Shown here in pieces: positions 42,101 through 50,555 of a DNA stretch of 64,000 bases; position 1 is the first letter of the stretch; every line of letters starts with the position of its first letter. The notes below the pieces were generated by a model. The model worked only from the letters and a program-made list of their open reading frames with translations. It was not told where the DNA came from and made no database searches. The stretch is from positions 124,001-188,000 of the IMG/VR virus record IMGVR_UViG_3300007513_000001, one strand, 5' to 3'. The translations under genes and the position numbers were made by a program.

Positions 42101-42330
42101 CGTTAGTAAATGTTTCTTCTTTACCAAAGTGCGACACGTTTATAATTGATGAAGGATTCGGAGCTTTAGATGAAACTAACGTCGAAGCTTGTAATAGACT
42201 TCTTCAATCATTGAAAAAATGGTTTAAGAATATTTTAGTTATTTCTCACGTAGATGCTGTGAAAGATAGCGTAGATACTATTTTAGATATATTTTCAAAA
42301 GGTATTGATTCGCAGGTGATTCATGAATAA
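39199..42330 (+). CDS. Fused SbcD/Mre11 nuclease - SbcC/Rad50 ATPase (T4 gp47-gp46-like) in one polypeptide
   Basis: Phosphoesterase motifs SDVH, GGDIVH, GNHD, FHG, LGDIH and YPGS; then Walker A GKNRSGKS, Q-loop FASQG, coiled coil, signature ASGMEK, Walker B/D-loop IIDEGFGALD and H-loop ISH. Confidence 0.92.
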   Translation: MSFKCIHLSDVHFRGLSRHEEYRESFLDFFEKARKINPDLIFVGGDIVHSKTQGISPELIDILSWWFEELAKVAPTHVILGNHDGLISNPHRQDAISPIISALNNSNLHLYKDSGTYSTGIPGFNWGVFSCFDEENWENVKPVEGEVNIALFHGGVLGSFTDINWEIEGEVEHTFFKDFEFAFLGDIHKFQFLNESKTIAYPGSTIQQNYGEDPGKGFLVWDIRSADDFDVDFVEVFHSKPFATIDWKDTVVDTVRESSKYPDGSRFRIRSQFQIPQTEIKHLYSELKEKKKASEIVFKFDDIKSQIIESSTNDESFSNFRDPSVILDLLKQYYKEASISEEEWQEISVLLKKYTGSVIENDTPRNVKWSIKKLQFDNVFSYGKNNVINFDSLHGVVGLFGKNRSGKSSIPGSIMYGLYNTTDRGSIKNLHVINTRKGHCKVELDFLVNGVCHRLERQSVKHQNRRGEINAVTHLNLYRVDTNGELKDLSGGQRRETDAILRSLVGTYEDFMLTSFASQGGINTFIKHRATKRKEILASFLDLNIFETILNNAKEDSIHIKALLDKSPEREWNTLILEKGLILKSLKEERLKIDSDLASANSKIQEIKVESASSFSEIITEADLTKSESEISENRERISELNSAVETNQITLDNLDAKLTKIDQLKNQFPIDQLKEKYGAQLELEKTLLVLEGSLDQEKSTLKNKRDSISLLDQVPCGDKFPTCKFIKRSHLDKSLIEEQVNLVENIEKQIQSAKKAFSILLDEDLKSKIDKYQNLLEKESNFKIERSTLEAKSREAESAKDRISLLILELEKEYESLKSRVDMSDKSERINSIKIELMKLEKTARDLDAQRISTSESIGLTTSELAKLKEEKTSYENLLMEWRIYEILMNGVNKKGIPLHILTMQLPKINKEIAKILHGVVEFTVELEADLKSNSMDVFINYGDSKRIIECASGMEKMISSIAIRVALVNVSSLPKCDTFIIDEGFGALDETNVEACNRLLQSLKKWFKNILVISHVDAVKDSVDTILDIFSKGIDSQVIHE

Positions 42331-42586
42331 ATTTGAATTTTTAAACATAGTAGACAAAACAAACAAAGAAAATTTTATTCCTTTCGATTGTCCGGTTTGT
42401 CTTACTTTAATGAGAGATAATCATGATTGCTCTACGATTAATAAATATGGATGTTGCTCTCTTTGCGTAGACGAAGTAGTGTGGCCAAATAAGAAGCGCT
42501 GGGATCGAAATTGGAGGCCTGGCAAAAGAAAGAAGGCACAGATGAGAAAAAAACGATTAGAGTTGCCTAGTTATTATGTGAAGTAG
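42323..42586 (+). CDS. Small putative zinc-finger protein
   Basis: CPVC...CCSLC followed by a Trp/basic tail; start overlaps the SbcCD stop. Confidence 0.6.
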   Translation: MNKFEFLNIVDKTNKENFIPFDCPVCLTLMRDNHDCSTINKYGCCSLCVDEVVWPNKKRWDRNWRPGKRKKAQMRKKRLELPSYYVK

Positions 42587-42597
42587 AGGATTACAAA

Positions 42598-42969
42598 ATG
42601 CTTTCAATTCAACAAACCAATGTACTCGGACAGATTTTAGAAACTTCTTGGGGTAAGAGTAGCCAAACTTATAGCTGTAAAGCTAATTTAGTTGGAGAAA
42701 ATACTCTTAGAGTAATGTTTAGCACGATAGTGTATTTAGCATCAGAGCGAGGAATGGAAGTTCAAATTCCAAGAGTTGCCGAAGAAGCAAATGAACGAAT
42801 CGCGGGACTCATATCAAACTGTAAACAACAGTATAAAGATATTTCAGGCGAAGCTTTAGGACTAAAAGAAGAATCTCAAAGAGACAGTGTAGAGCTAGTT
42901 CAAGCATCTTCAGTAAATCCCCGTCGAGTAGCGCTCTATAGAAAATTTGTAGATTTTTCCATAAGCTAA
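42598..42969 (+). CDS. Hypothetical protein (123 aa)
   Basis: GAGG SD; fills the gap before terL. Confidence 0.6.
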   Translation: MLSIQQTNVLGQILETSWGKSSQTYSCKANLVGENTLRVMFSTIVYLASERGMEVQIPRVAEEANERIAGLISNCKQQYKDISGEALGLKEESQRDSVELVQASSVNPRRVALYRKFVDFSIS

Positions 42970-42985
42970 CTAACGATGGGTAGAG

Positions 42986-44581
42986 ATGGCTCCGCAAAAT
43001 AAAAAAAGACAAGTTAAAGAAATAATAAAGTGCGGAAAAGACCCTCTTTACTTCATTAACACTTATGTCAAAATTCAGCATCCTTTGCGAGGGACTATAG
43101 ATTTTAAAACGTACCCTTTTCAAAATGATTGCGTTAATGATTTTGTTGAACACAGGTTCAACGTTGTTTTAAAGTCTAGACAGCTCGGCTTATCTACTCT
43201 TGCGGCAGCTTACGCCGCTTGGTTAGCTTTATTCTATAAAGATAAAAATGTCTTAATTATTGCGACAAAATTAAGCGTGGCTATGAACTTTATTAAAAAA
43301 GTTAAAACAGCTATGCGGGGATTACCTCCATGGTTAGTTTTGCCAGAGATAACTGGAAACAATAAGCAGAGCGTAGAATTTAGTAATGGCTCACAAATAA
43401 AAGCTGTTCCAACTTCCGAAGACGCTGGTAGATCTGAAGCGTTATCACTGCTTATCGTAGATGAGGCTGCATTTGTTAGAAATTTTGATGAGCTTTGGAT
43501 GGGGCTATATCCCACTTTGTCCACTGGCGGTAGAGCAATAATACTTTCGACACCAAATGGCGTGGGAGGACAATATTATGATCTTTATATTAAGGCCGAA
43601 TCTAAAGAGAATGAATTTAACCCTATAAAACTTCAATGGGACGTGCATCCGGAAAGAGACGATGCATGGTTTGAAGAAGAGTGCAAAAACCTTTCCGACA
43701 AACAAGTCGCTCAAGAGCTGTTGTGTGATTTTGCTGCTTCTGGAGAAACATTTTTAAAAGCAGAAGATGTAGAATATCTTCGATACATGGTAAAATCGCC
43801 CATGGAAAGATGGGGTCCTGAAATGGCTTGTTGGCAATGGAAATATTCTCTTACTGATCACGATTATATCATTTCCGCAGATGTTTCTAGGGGAGACTCT
43901 AAAGACTATTCAGCTTTTCATGTTATAGACACTAATGAATCTGAAATAGTTTGCGAATTTAAAGGAAAAATCCCGCCAGACCAATTTGGAATATTGTTAG
44001 TTGAAGCTGGAAAAAGATTTAACAACGCCGTGATCTGTCCAGAGTCTAATACATACGGTTATGCAGTTTTAGTTAAATTAAAAGAACTTGGATACACCAA
44101 CATATATTTTGCAAAAGAGAAAGAAAAATATGACGTCTTATATGGAAATGGAAGCATCGGCAAAGCTGGTTTTTCTACCCAGGGTAATAACCGTGGAAAA
44201 ATTCTTACTCGTCTAGAAGAAGTTTTAAGAAACAAGCAGATAAAAATATATTCTTCCAGATTTTATGAAGAGATGAAAACTTTTATTTGGAAAAACAATA
44301 AAGCGCAAGCTATGCGTGATAAAAACGATGATCTAGTTATGGCTTTAGCTATAGGGTTATGGCTTTATGACACCAGTGAAGCCTTCAACAAACAGAGTGT
44401 CGATCTCAACCAAGCAATGCTTCAAGCTATGGGCGTGATGAGTAATGCTCCAAAGGGCATTTTAGATCCTAAGCTTAAAACAGTCAATCAAATCAATCCA
44501 TTTAAGCCAGTCATTTTAGATGAAGCTGATATGGAAGATGACGAAAAAAAGCCATATAGTTTTGGCTGGCTGTTGAAATAG
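42986..44581 (+). CDS. terL: Terminase large subunit (T4 gp17-like)
   Basis: YPFQ Q-motif, Walker A KSRQLGLST, Walker B LLIVDEAAF, coupling motif STPNG, nuclease ISADVSRGDSKDYS and DDLVMA. Confidence 0.95.
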   Translation: MAPQNKKRQVKEIIKCGKDPLYFINTYVKIQHPLRGTIDFKTYPFQNDCVNDFVEHRFNVVLKSRQLGLSTLAAAYAAWLALFYKDKNVLIIATKLSVAMNFIKKVKTAMRGLPPWLVLPEITGNNKQSVEFSNGSQIKAVPTSEDAGRSEALSLLIVDEAAFVRNFDELWMGLYPTLSTGGRAIILSTPNGVGGQYYDLYIKAESKENEFNPIKLQWDVHPERDDAWFEEECKNLSDKQVAQELLCDFAASGETFLKAEDVEYLRYMVKSPMERWGPEMACWQWKYSLTDHDYIISADVSRGDSKDYSAFHVIDTNESEIVCEFKGKIPPDQFGILLVEAGKRFNNAVICPESNTYGYAVLVKLKELGYTNIYFAKEKEKYDVLYGNGSIGKAGFSTQGNNRGKILTRLEEVLRNKQIKIYSSRFYEEMKTFIWKNNKAQAMRDKNDDLVMALAIGLWLYDTSEAFNKQSVDLNQAMLQAMGVMSNAPKGILDPKLKTVNQINPFKPVILDEADMEDDEKKPYSFGWLLK

Positions 44582-44598
44582 TTTATTCTAGAATAAAA

Positions 44599-44610
44599 AT
44601 GAATATTTAT
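44599..44610 (+). promoter_or_regulatory. Putative late promoter ATGAATATTTAT
   Basis: Identical 12-mer at 59834; lies upstream of the portal gene. Confidence 0.6.
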
Positions 44611-44635
44611 TGTAAGAACAAGAGTGATATAGAAA

Positions 44636-46636
44636 ATGGCTGATAACTCACCAAGTTTATTTAGAAGATTAACTGCTCTTTTTAGAGCTGGTCCGTCTAT
44701 TAAAAGAAGAATAAAGTCTTTTGATGGTAAAAATCCTGGACCCGCGAGTTCTTTACAGCAGTTTAGGAAATCACATAGCGACATATACACAAATACAATG
44801 TCCGCATATGGGTCTTTTGACAGGATGGCAAGATATTCTGATTTTTCAGAAATGGAAGCCACTCCAGAGATTTCTTCTGCTTTAGACATATATTCAGAAG
44901 AAACTGCATCAGTAGACGATAAAGGGAATGTACTCCACATATATTCTGAAAATAGAAAAATAAGAGAGCTATTGTTTACTCTTTTTTATGATACTCTGAA
45001 TTTAGATTTTAATCTTCCAATGTGGGTTAGAAATTTATGTAAGTACGGAGATTTTTTCTTGTTTAACGATGTTTCTCCTGAGTTTGGTGTAATAGCTTGC
45101 TATCCAATTCCAATCTCTGAAATAGAAAGAGAAGAAGGTTACGATCCTGAAAATCCAGGAGCGGTTAGGTTTCGCTGGATGACGCAAGGAAATCAGATTC
45201 TTGAAAATTGGCAAATCACCCACTTTCGCTTACTTGGCAACGACGCGTTTCTTCCATACGGCTCTAGCGTATTAGAGTCAGCTCGAAGAATTTGGAGACA
45301 GTTGATTCTCATCGAAGATGCGATGTTAGTTTATCGTATCATACGCGCACCTGAGCGCCGTGTATTTAAAATTGACGTAGGAAATGTTCCACCGGAAAAT
45401 GTGGCCGAATATCTTGAGCAAGCTAAAACTTCTCTTAAGAGAGAGCCAGTTGTTAATAAATCGGATGGCAGAGTAGATCTCAGATATAACCCTCTTTCCG
45501 TGGATGAGGATTACTTCATCCCGGTTCGCGGAGGTGACTCAGGGACCGATATATCTTCTCTGGCTGGAGGACAAAACACGTCAGCTATTGAAGATGTAGA
45601 GTATATTCAAAAGAAATTATTTGCAGCTCTTAAAATTCCAAAAGCATATCTTGGATATGACGAAGAAATAGGGTCAAAAGCAACGTTGGCTCAAGAAGAT
45701 ATAAGATTTAGTAGGACAATTCAAAGAATTCAAAAAACGGTTATATCAGAGTTGAATAAGCTTGCAATGATTCATCTTTATTCTCATGGATTTACTGGCG
45801 ATGATTTGGTAGATTTTGACTTAAAACTCTCTAACCCCTCAAGCATAGCCCAGCAACAGAAACTAGAACTAATTTCTCAAAAATTCGACATTGCTGGAAA
45901 AGTGCCAGAAGGAATGTTGGATAAAGATTGGGTTAGAAAAAATGTTTTAGGTCTTACTAATGAAGAAATAGCATTAGTGGAAGAGGGAAGAGCAAATGAC
46001 AAAAAGAGAGACGCAGAACTTGAAGCTTCGGGTGGAGAGGGCGGTGGTGACGACGCTGGTGGCGGAGATGAAGGCGGAGATGAAGGTGGCTTATTCGCAG
46101 CTGATCAAGTAGTTGGTGATGTACTAGATGGTAACGTCCTCCCAATAGGAGTTTCTCCACTTCCAGAAGCAGATTCAATAAATGAAGATGACGATGAAGA
46201 TGACGATGAAGATGACGATGAAATTATAAAGTTTTCTTTAGATGATGAATCAGGACCAGCTCGTGTAGACAACATGGTTAAAAATATATGGAATGAACCT
46301 ATAAAAAAATCTAGATCTTCTAAATCGCAAAGATTGCATTCTCCAGATTTTAAATCTATGACCGGAGTAGGGTCTTCTACAAGGAAGAGGGATTCTATGA
46401 ACAGCCCTTACGATTCTGAATTTTTTAAAAATCCTTTTGGCGAAAACATGAATTCAGAAGTATCGACACTTTTAGATCATAGCGTAAATGCGCCGAGAAT
46501 GGATGCTTCTATGAAAGATGTTATAAGTAACCTTTCAAATATTATAGATAATCATAGTAGGGGTCTTCTTTCTGAACAAGATGACTCTGCTTTAGAATTT
46601 GATCTAGAAGATTTAAACGAAATGGATGAAGGATAA
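44636..46636 (+). CDS. Portal protein (T4 gp20-like) with acidic C-terminal extension
   Basis: PEISSALDI, WVRNLCKYGDFF, LIEDAMLVYRIIRAPERRVFKIDVGNVP, EDYFIPVRG and DVEYIQKKLFAALKIPK. Confidence 0.95.
   Translation: MADNSPSLFRRLTALFRAGPSIKRRIKSFDGKNPGPASSLQQFRKSHSDIYTNTMSAYGSFDRMARYSDFSEMEATPEISSALDIYSEETASVDDKGNVLHIYSENRKIRELLFTLFYDTLNLDFNLPMWVRNLCKYGDFFLFNDVSPEFGVIACYPIPISEIEREEGYDPENPGAVRFRWMTQGNQILENWQITHFRLLGNDAFLPYGSSVLESARRIWRQLILIEDAMLVYRIIRAPERRVFKIDVGNVPPENVAEYLEQAKTSLKREPVVNKSDGRVDLRYNPLSVDEDYFIPVRGGDSGTDISSLAGGQNTSAIEDVEYIQKKLFAALKIPKAYLGYDEEIGSKATLAQEDIRFSRTIQRIQKTVISELNKLAMIHLYSHGFTGDDLVDFDLKLSNPSSIAQQQKLELISQKFDIAGKVPEGMLDKDWVRKNVLGLTNEEIALVEEGRANDKKRDAELEASGGEGGGDDAGGGDEGGDEGGLFAADQVVGDVLDGNVLPIGVSPLPEADSINEDDDEDDDEDDDEIIKFSLDDESGPARVDNMVKNIWNEPIKKSRSSKSQRLHSPDFKSMTGVGSSTRKRDSMNSPYDSEFFKNPFGENMNSEVSTLLDHSVNAPRMDASMKDVISNLSNIIDNHSRGLLSEQDDSALEFDLEDLNEMDEG
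46184..46222 (+). repeat. Perfect in-frame 12 bp tandem repeat (GAAGATGACGAT)x3 + GAA, encoding EDDD repeats
   Basis: Seen directly; a second small repeat (GGCGGAGATGAA)x2 lies at 46061-46084. Confidence 0.85.
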
Positions 46637-46637
46637 A

Positions 46638-47477
46638 ATGCCGAAGCATAATAAAAAAAGAAATGTTGGAATTATCTATGAACAACTACTTTCTTCTCTA
46701 TCACGCGCTTTAGTAGAGGGCAAAAATGGAGAAGTTAAAATAGTAAAAGGAATCATTGATAAACACTTCAAGCCTGGAACAGAGCTCTATAAAGAGTTTA
46801 GGCTTTTTCAAGCTATGGTTAAAACAAAGGTGCCTCGAGAGTCTTTAGCTATTAAAATATTAGGAGAGGCAAAAACAGCTTCTGTTAATAGAAATGCAAA
46901 AAAACTCCAAAGAGAAAAATCTATGTTGATAAAAGACATAAATTACAAAATGGGCAATTCTAATTTTTATAACCAGAGAGTCCAAGAATATAAAGAATAC
47001 GCAACCGTTCAAAATCTTTTAAACTTGTGGGAAAAAGGTGAGGCGGGATCGCTACAAGAAGCCATCAGATATGAATCTTTAGTGCAGGACATGCTTCTAA
47101 GAGAAGAAGACCAGCATAATTTCGAAGATGAAAAAACTGAAGATGTAAATAAGCTAACTGTGAAAATAATGTTAGAAAAATTTAATAAAAAATATGATTC
47201 TAGCTTAAATCAAATGCAAACAAAAATAATTAAAGAATACGTTTTTTGTTCTGGAGAAAATTCTTTAAAGAGTTTATTAAACGAAGTAAAAATTGCTGCC
47301 ATGCACGAAATATCCCAAGTTCCAAATTCGCATAGCAATAAGGTCATTTGTGAAAAAGTTAACAAAGTTAAAAATAACATTTCTAGATTAGACGAAAATA
47401 TTCATGATGACGAAAATATTTCTAGATTCTTGTTGCTTTCTAAACTTTCAGAAGAACTTAAGGAGGATTCAGTATGA
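46638..47477 (+). CDS. Hypothetical head-module protein between portal and protease
   Basis: Start moved from 46626 to 46638 (AAGGA SD); N-terminus KHNKKRNVGIIYEQL; helical, Lys/Glu-rich. Confidence 0.65.
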   Translation: MPKHNKKRNVGIIYEQLLSSLSRALVEGKNGEVKIVKGIIDKHFKPGTELYKEFRLFQAMVKTKVPRESLAIKILGEAKTASVNRNAKKLQREKSMLIKDINYKMGNSNFYNQRVQEYKEYATVQNLLNLWEKGEAGSLQEAIRYESLVQDMLLREEDQHNFEDEKTEDVNKLTVKIMLEKFNKKYDSSLNQMQTKIIKEYVFCSGENSLKSLLNEVKIAAMHEISQVPNSHSNKVICEKVNKVKNNISRLDENIHDDENISRFLLLSKLSEELKEDSV

Positions 47478-48085
47478 GCGATTCTAAATTACATTTGCTC
47501 ACGAGTTGGACTCCGTTTGAATATACTGTAGATCAAATTAAAGAATCTAGAGAAAATAACGGCGGAAAAATTTTAATGCGAGGCGTACTTCAAAAGTCTG
47601 ATACGCTTAATCAAAACGGCAGAGTCTATCCTCGCGTTATCTTAGATAGAGAAGTTAGAAACTATCAAAAATTCATAGCAGAAAATCGAGCGCTTGGAGA
47701 GTGCGATCATCCCGACTCTTCAGTTGTCGAACTTAAAAACGTGTCTCACATAGTAAGAGAAGCTTATATGGACGGAGATATATGCTATGGAACTGTAGAG
47801 CTTTTAGATACTCCAGCTGGAAAAATACTCCAGAGTTTAGTCGAATCTGGAGTGACTTTAGGTATATCATCTCGAGGAGTTGGATCTACTAAAAATGAGG
47901 GAGATCACCAAGTAGTTCAAGACGATTTTCAATTAATTTGCTGGGATTTCGTTAGTGAGCCTTCGACTCCAGGAGCTTTTATGATGCGTGAAGGTGTAGA
48001 AGTTAGAAGGTCTGATTTAAATAAGCATTTTAATAAAACAGATAGAATTGATAGAATATTTAACGATATTTTAGATTGGGAGTAA
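47474..48085 (+). CDS. Prohead maturation protease (T4 gp21-like)
   Basis: GVLQKSDTLNQNGRVYP, ALGECDHP, VSHIV, LGISSRGVGS and WDFVSEPSTPGAF. Confidence 0.93.
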   Translation: MSDSKLHLLTSWTPFEYTVDQIKESRENNGGKILMRGVLQKSDTLNQNGRVYPRVILDREVRNYQKFIAENRALGECDHPDSSVVELKNVSHIVREAYMDGDICYGTVELLDTPAGKILQSLVESGVTLGISSRGVGSTKNEGDHQVVQDDFQLICWDFVSEPSTPGAFMMREGVEVRRSDLNKHFNKTDRIDRIFNDILDWE

Positions 48086-48088
48086 AAA

Positions 48089-48544
48089 ATGTCAAATTAT
48101 AGAACTGGCCCCGGTTGGAACTTTGCGCCGGAATACCAGTGTTCTGGCACGCCTTTTGTAACATCAAGCAATTATGATGAAATCAGCAGTAGTGGTGTGG
48201 TAAGTGTTAAGTTTCCAACTGTTACAAGATGGGTCCAAATTAGAAATATCGGCGCTAAAGAATTAAGAGTTGGTTTTACCGAAAATGGAGTTGATGGAAG
48301 AGGCGGGTCTGTTTCAGGCTCAGCCGTTGAAGCACAGGGTAATAGCCGCAATTATTATATAATACCAACCGGCTCACTTGACGGAACTTCCACTGTTTTG
48401 TGGGAGCTTCGTTGCGATAAATTGTTTTTTACATCGGGTGAATCTGGCGGAACTGGATTTTCATTGGTAGCTGGGCTTACTAATATTAGACCTTCAGAAT
48501 TCTTTAAACTCACAGGATCCCTTGGTTTCCGAGGAGTTGGATAA
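48089..48544 (+). CDS. Hypothetical beta-rich protein, possible capsid decoration protein
   Basis: 151 aa, beta-strand pattern, three [ST]GS motifs, located in the head module. Confidence 0.5.
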   Translation: MSNYRTGPGWNFAPEYQCSGTPFVTSSNYDEISSSGVVSVKFPTVTRWVQIRNIGAKELRVGFTENGVDGRGGSVSGSAVEAQGNSRNYYIIPTGSLDGTSTVLWELRCDKLFFTSGESGGTGFSLVAGLTNIRPSEFFKLTGSLGFRGVG

Positions 48545-48975
48545 TGGCAAAAATTTCAAAATCTATGTTGAAGGGCATCGTAAAAGAGTGCTTGGTAGAA
48601 ATTCTTGCAGAGGGCCTTCTTGCAGACAGCCCTGCTTCAAGTCTAAAAGAGTCTAGATCTAAAACAAGAACCAAAGCCGGCTCTAAAAAATCAACCCCCA
48701 CTACTCGAAGGCCCGCATTAGATCATATTAAAATGCAGAAAAGAGAAGAATCTATCAATCCGATAGTACCAGATGTAAAAGATCCCATAATGGCGAGTAT
48801 TTTTGCAGATACTGCTGCTAATACATTTCAAACACAAGTATTAGCTGAGACAAAAAATTCTACCGCCCAAAGGATGACCCACGGCGATGCTGCAACTAAA
48901 GCAATGGCCCAAAATGACCCAATGGACATCTTTGACGGTGCAGATAATTGGGCAAAATTAGCGTTTGATAAGTAA
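48544..48975 (+). CDS. Hypothetical head-module protein
   Basis: TAATG coupling; LKGIVKECLVEILAEG N-terminus and basic linker. Confidence 0.6.
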   Translation: MAKISKSMLKGIVKECLVEILAEGLLADSPASSLKESRSKTRTKAGSKKSTPTTRRPALDHIKMQKREESINPIVPDVKDPIMASIFADTAANTFQTQVLAETKNSTAQRMTHGDAATKAMAQNDPMDIFDGADNWAKLAFDK

Positions 48976-49032
48976 AAAAAACGCGGGAAGATGATAAGTA
49001 ATAAGGAACAACCCCGTTCTAGGAGTTTTAAA

Positions 49033-49323
49033 ATGTCGAAAAGAAGAAGCACAAAGAAATTAACACCATCCCTTTTAAGAAGATTGGTATTGCAAGAAAG
49101 AAAGAAAATGGTAGAGACTTCTGACCCAGTTGCGTCAGGAGTTGAAGATCCATCTTATGTTCACGCTGAAGAAGTAGATGCCGACGAACTTGCAGGTAGT
49201 TTAGAGAAAGATTTAGACCATCTCAAAGCTCTTAAAATTAAGGAAGGCAAACTTAGACGCGAACTTACTAAAGTTCACGAAGCAAGAAAGCGCCTTGGTC
49301 GAAGAGTACTTAAAGCACTTTAA
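49033..49323 (+). CDS. Hypothetical small head-module protein
   Basis: AGGAG SD at 49021 favours ATG 49033 over 48991; basic-acidic-basic architecture. Confidence 0.6.
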   Translation: MSKRRSTKKLTPSLLRRLVLQERKKMVETSDPVASGVEDPSYVHAEEVDADELAGSLEKDLDHLKALKIKEGKLRRELTKVHEARKRLGRRVLKAL

Positions 49324-49344
49324 TATTTTTTCAGGAGAAAACAA

Positions 49345-49869
49345 ATGCCCACCCACAAACAAGGAACCGTTACTCCAATTCCGGGAACCGGATACGGAAC
49401 AGGAACCGCAAGATCTAAAGGATCCGCTAATCATGGAGAAATTATAGCTAGTTTCCCTGGTTCGCCATTGAATAATGCTGACCAACTCTTAGATGATGGA
49501 AGCGGTTCTCCATCGACAATGGCTGCATGGTATACTGCAAATGTACTCCAAGCGACTATCAACGATGGTGGGCATACTTTCGGCGAGCAGCCGATGGATT
49601 GGGGATTAAATATTCCAGCTGGAGATATTTCTAATGATGGTGGAGGAGCTCCAGCAAACCAATGGGTGCCCAACACTGTATCTCCGGGCGAAGGCAGCTC
49701 AAACCCAGCAGATCAGCCTGCTGCTCCAGACAGCTTAGCTAACATGGAGCCAAGCGATCCGCCTGGCGTTGGAGTTGGTTCTGGCTTGAGCATTACTGAT
49801 TCTTCCACGGCACAAAATACATCTGCTATCGGAGAACTCGCGTTTGGTAGTTCACCTTACGGAACTTGA
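49345..49869 (+). CDS. Hypothetical Gly/Pro/Ser-rich low-complexity protein
   Basis: AGGAG SD; 174 aa ORF. Confidence 0.6.
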   Translation: MPTHKQGTVTPIPGTGYGTGTARSKGSANHGEIIASFPGSPLNNADQLLDDGSGSPSTMAAWYTANVLQATINDGGHTFGEQPMDWGLNIPAGDISNDGGGAPANQWVPNTVSPGEGSSNPADQPAAPDSLANMEPSDPPGVGVGSGLSITDSSTAQNTSAIGELAFGSSPYGT

Positions 49870-49885
49870 CGAGTTAGAGTGAGTA

Positions 49886-50470
49886 ATGCCACTAAAAAAT
49901 CATGGCCTCGGTCACCCCGCACCTTATGATCCACGGGATGACCTGGGCTATGGTCGTCTAAAAAGAAAGTTTGATTTATCGCGATCTTTTGTTCAGTATC
50001 CAGAAAAAGACGAAGAGGATATAGAAGCTGAAGAGTTTATAGATGATGATACTTACGAATCTATACTGACTAAAGCTTTAGGCTATGAGCCTTCTGATCC
50101 ATACGCCAAATATGGAAATGATCCGTTTCATTTTGTTGATGGAGCTACAAAAATGTCAGAAAATTCGACATCTAAAGGAATGGTTCCTTTTCCAAAAATG
50201 TATAGAGGAAGGACTGGCTCTGGAACTGGCGGGTCGGGTGCTGCTTTACCACACCCCGGTCCAACTAATACTTTTAGAACAGTTTCTAGACCAACGGGCA
50301 CAAAAAAAGGTTATTCTTCTGCACCAGAGCCAATTGAAATTTTACAAGACTTAAATGGCCCCAACTATTCTTTAGAAGATATTATTTTTGGAGATGAAGA
50401 CTTGGCGCACATAGAAAGACTTCAAAATCAAACTGAAAAAATTCATCAAATTCAAAAATATGGGAAATAA
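49886..50470 (+). CDS. Hypothetical head-module protein
   Basis: 194 aa ORF in the operon before the scaffold gene. Confidence 0.55.
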   Translation: MPLKNHGLGHPAPYDPRDDLGYGRLKRKFDLSRSFVQYPEKDEEDIEAEEFIDDDTYESILTKALGYEPSDPYAKYGNDPFHFVDGATKMSENSTSKGMVPFPKMYRGRTGSGTGGSGAALPHPGPTNTFRTVSRPTGTKKGYSSAPEPIEILQDLNGPNYSLEDIIFGDEDLAHIERLQNQTEKIHQIQKYGK

Positions 50471-50502
50471 TTTGGCTTATAGAATTAAATCTTCGCTTTT
50501 AG

Positions 50503-50514
50503 ATGAATATTTAC
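50503..50514 (+). promoter_or_regulatory. Putative late promoter ATGAATATTTAC
   Basis: Matches TGAATAnTTAY; upstream of the scaffold-MCP unit. Confidence 0.6.
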
Positions 50515-50555
50515 GAATACATAGTGATATTAGTTTCTTCTAAAGAGAGAGGGAA

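Noticed and set aside
42323-42969. Small terminase subunit among the two ORFs before terL
   Set aside because: Position is suggestive but neither shows features I can tie to a TerS family.
48966-49001. Direct repeat TGATAAGTAA x2 upstream of 49033 as a promoter/operator
   Set aside because: One copy includes the preceding stop codon, it does not fit the ATAnTTAY consensus, and it may be chance in AT-rich sequence.
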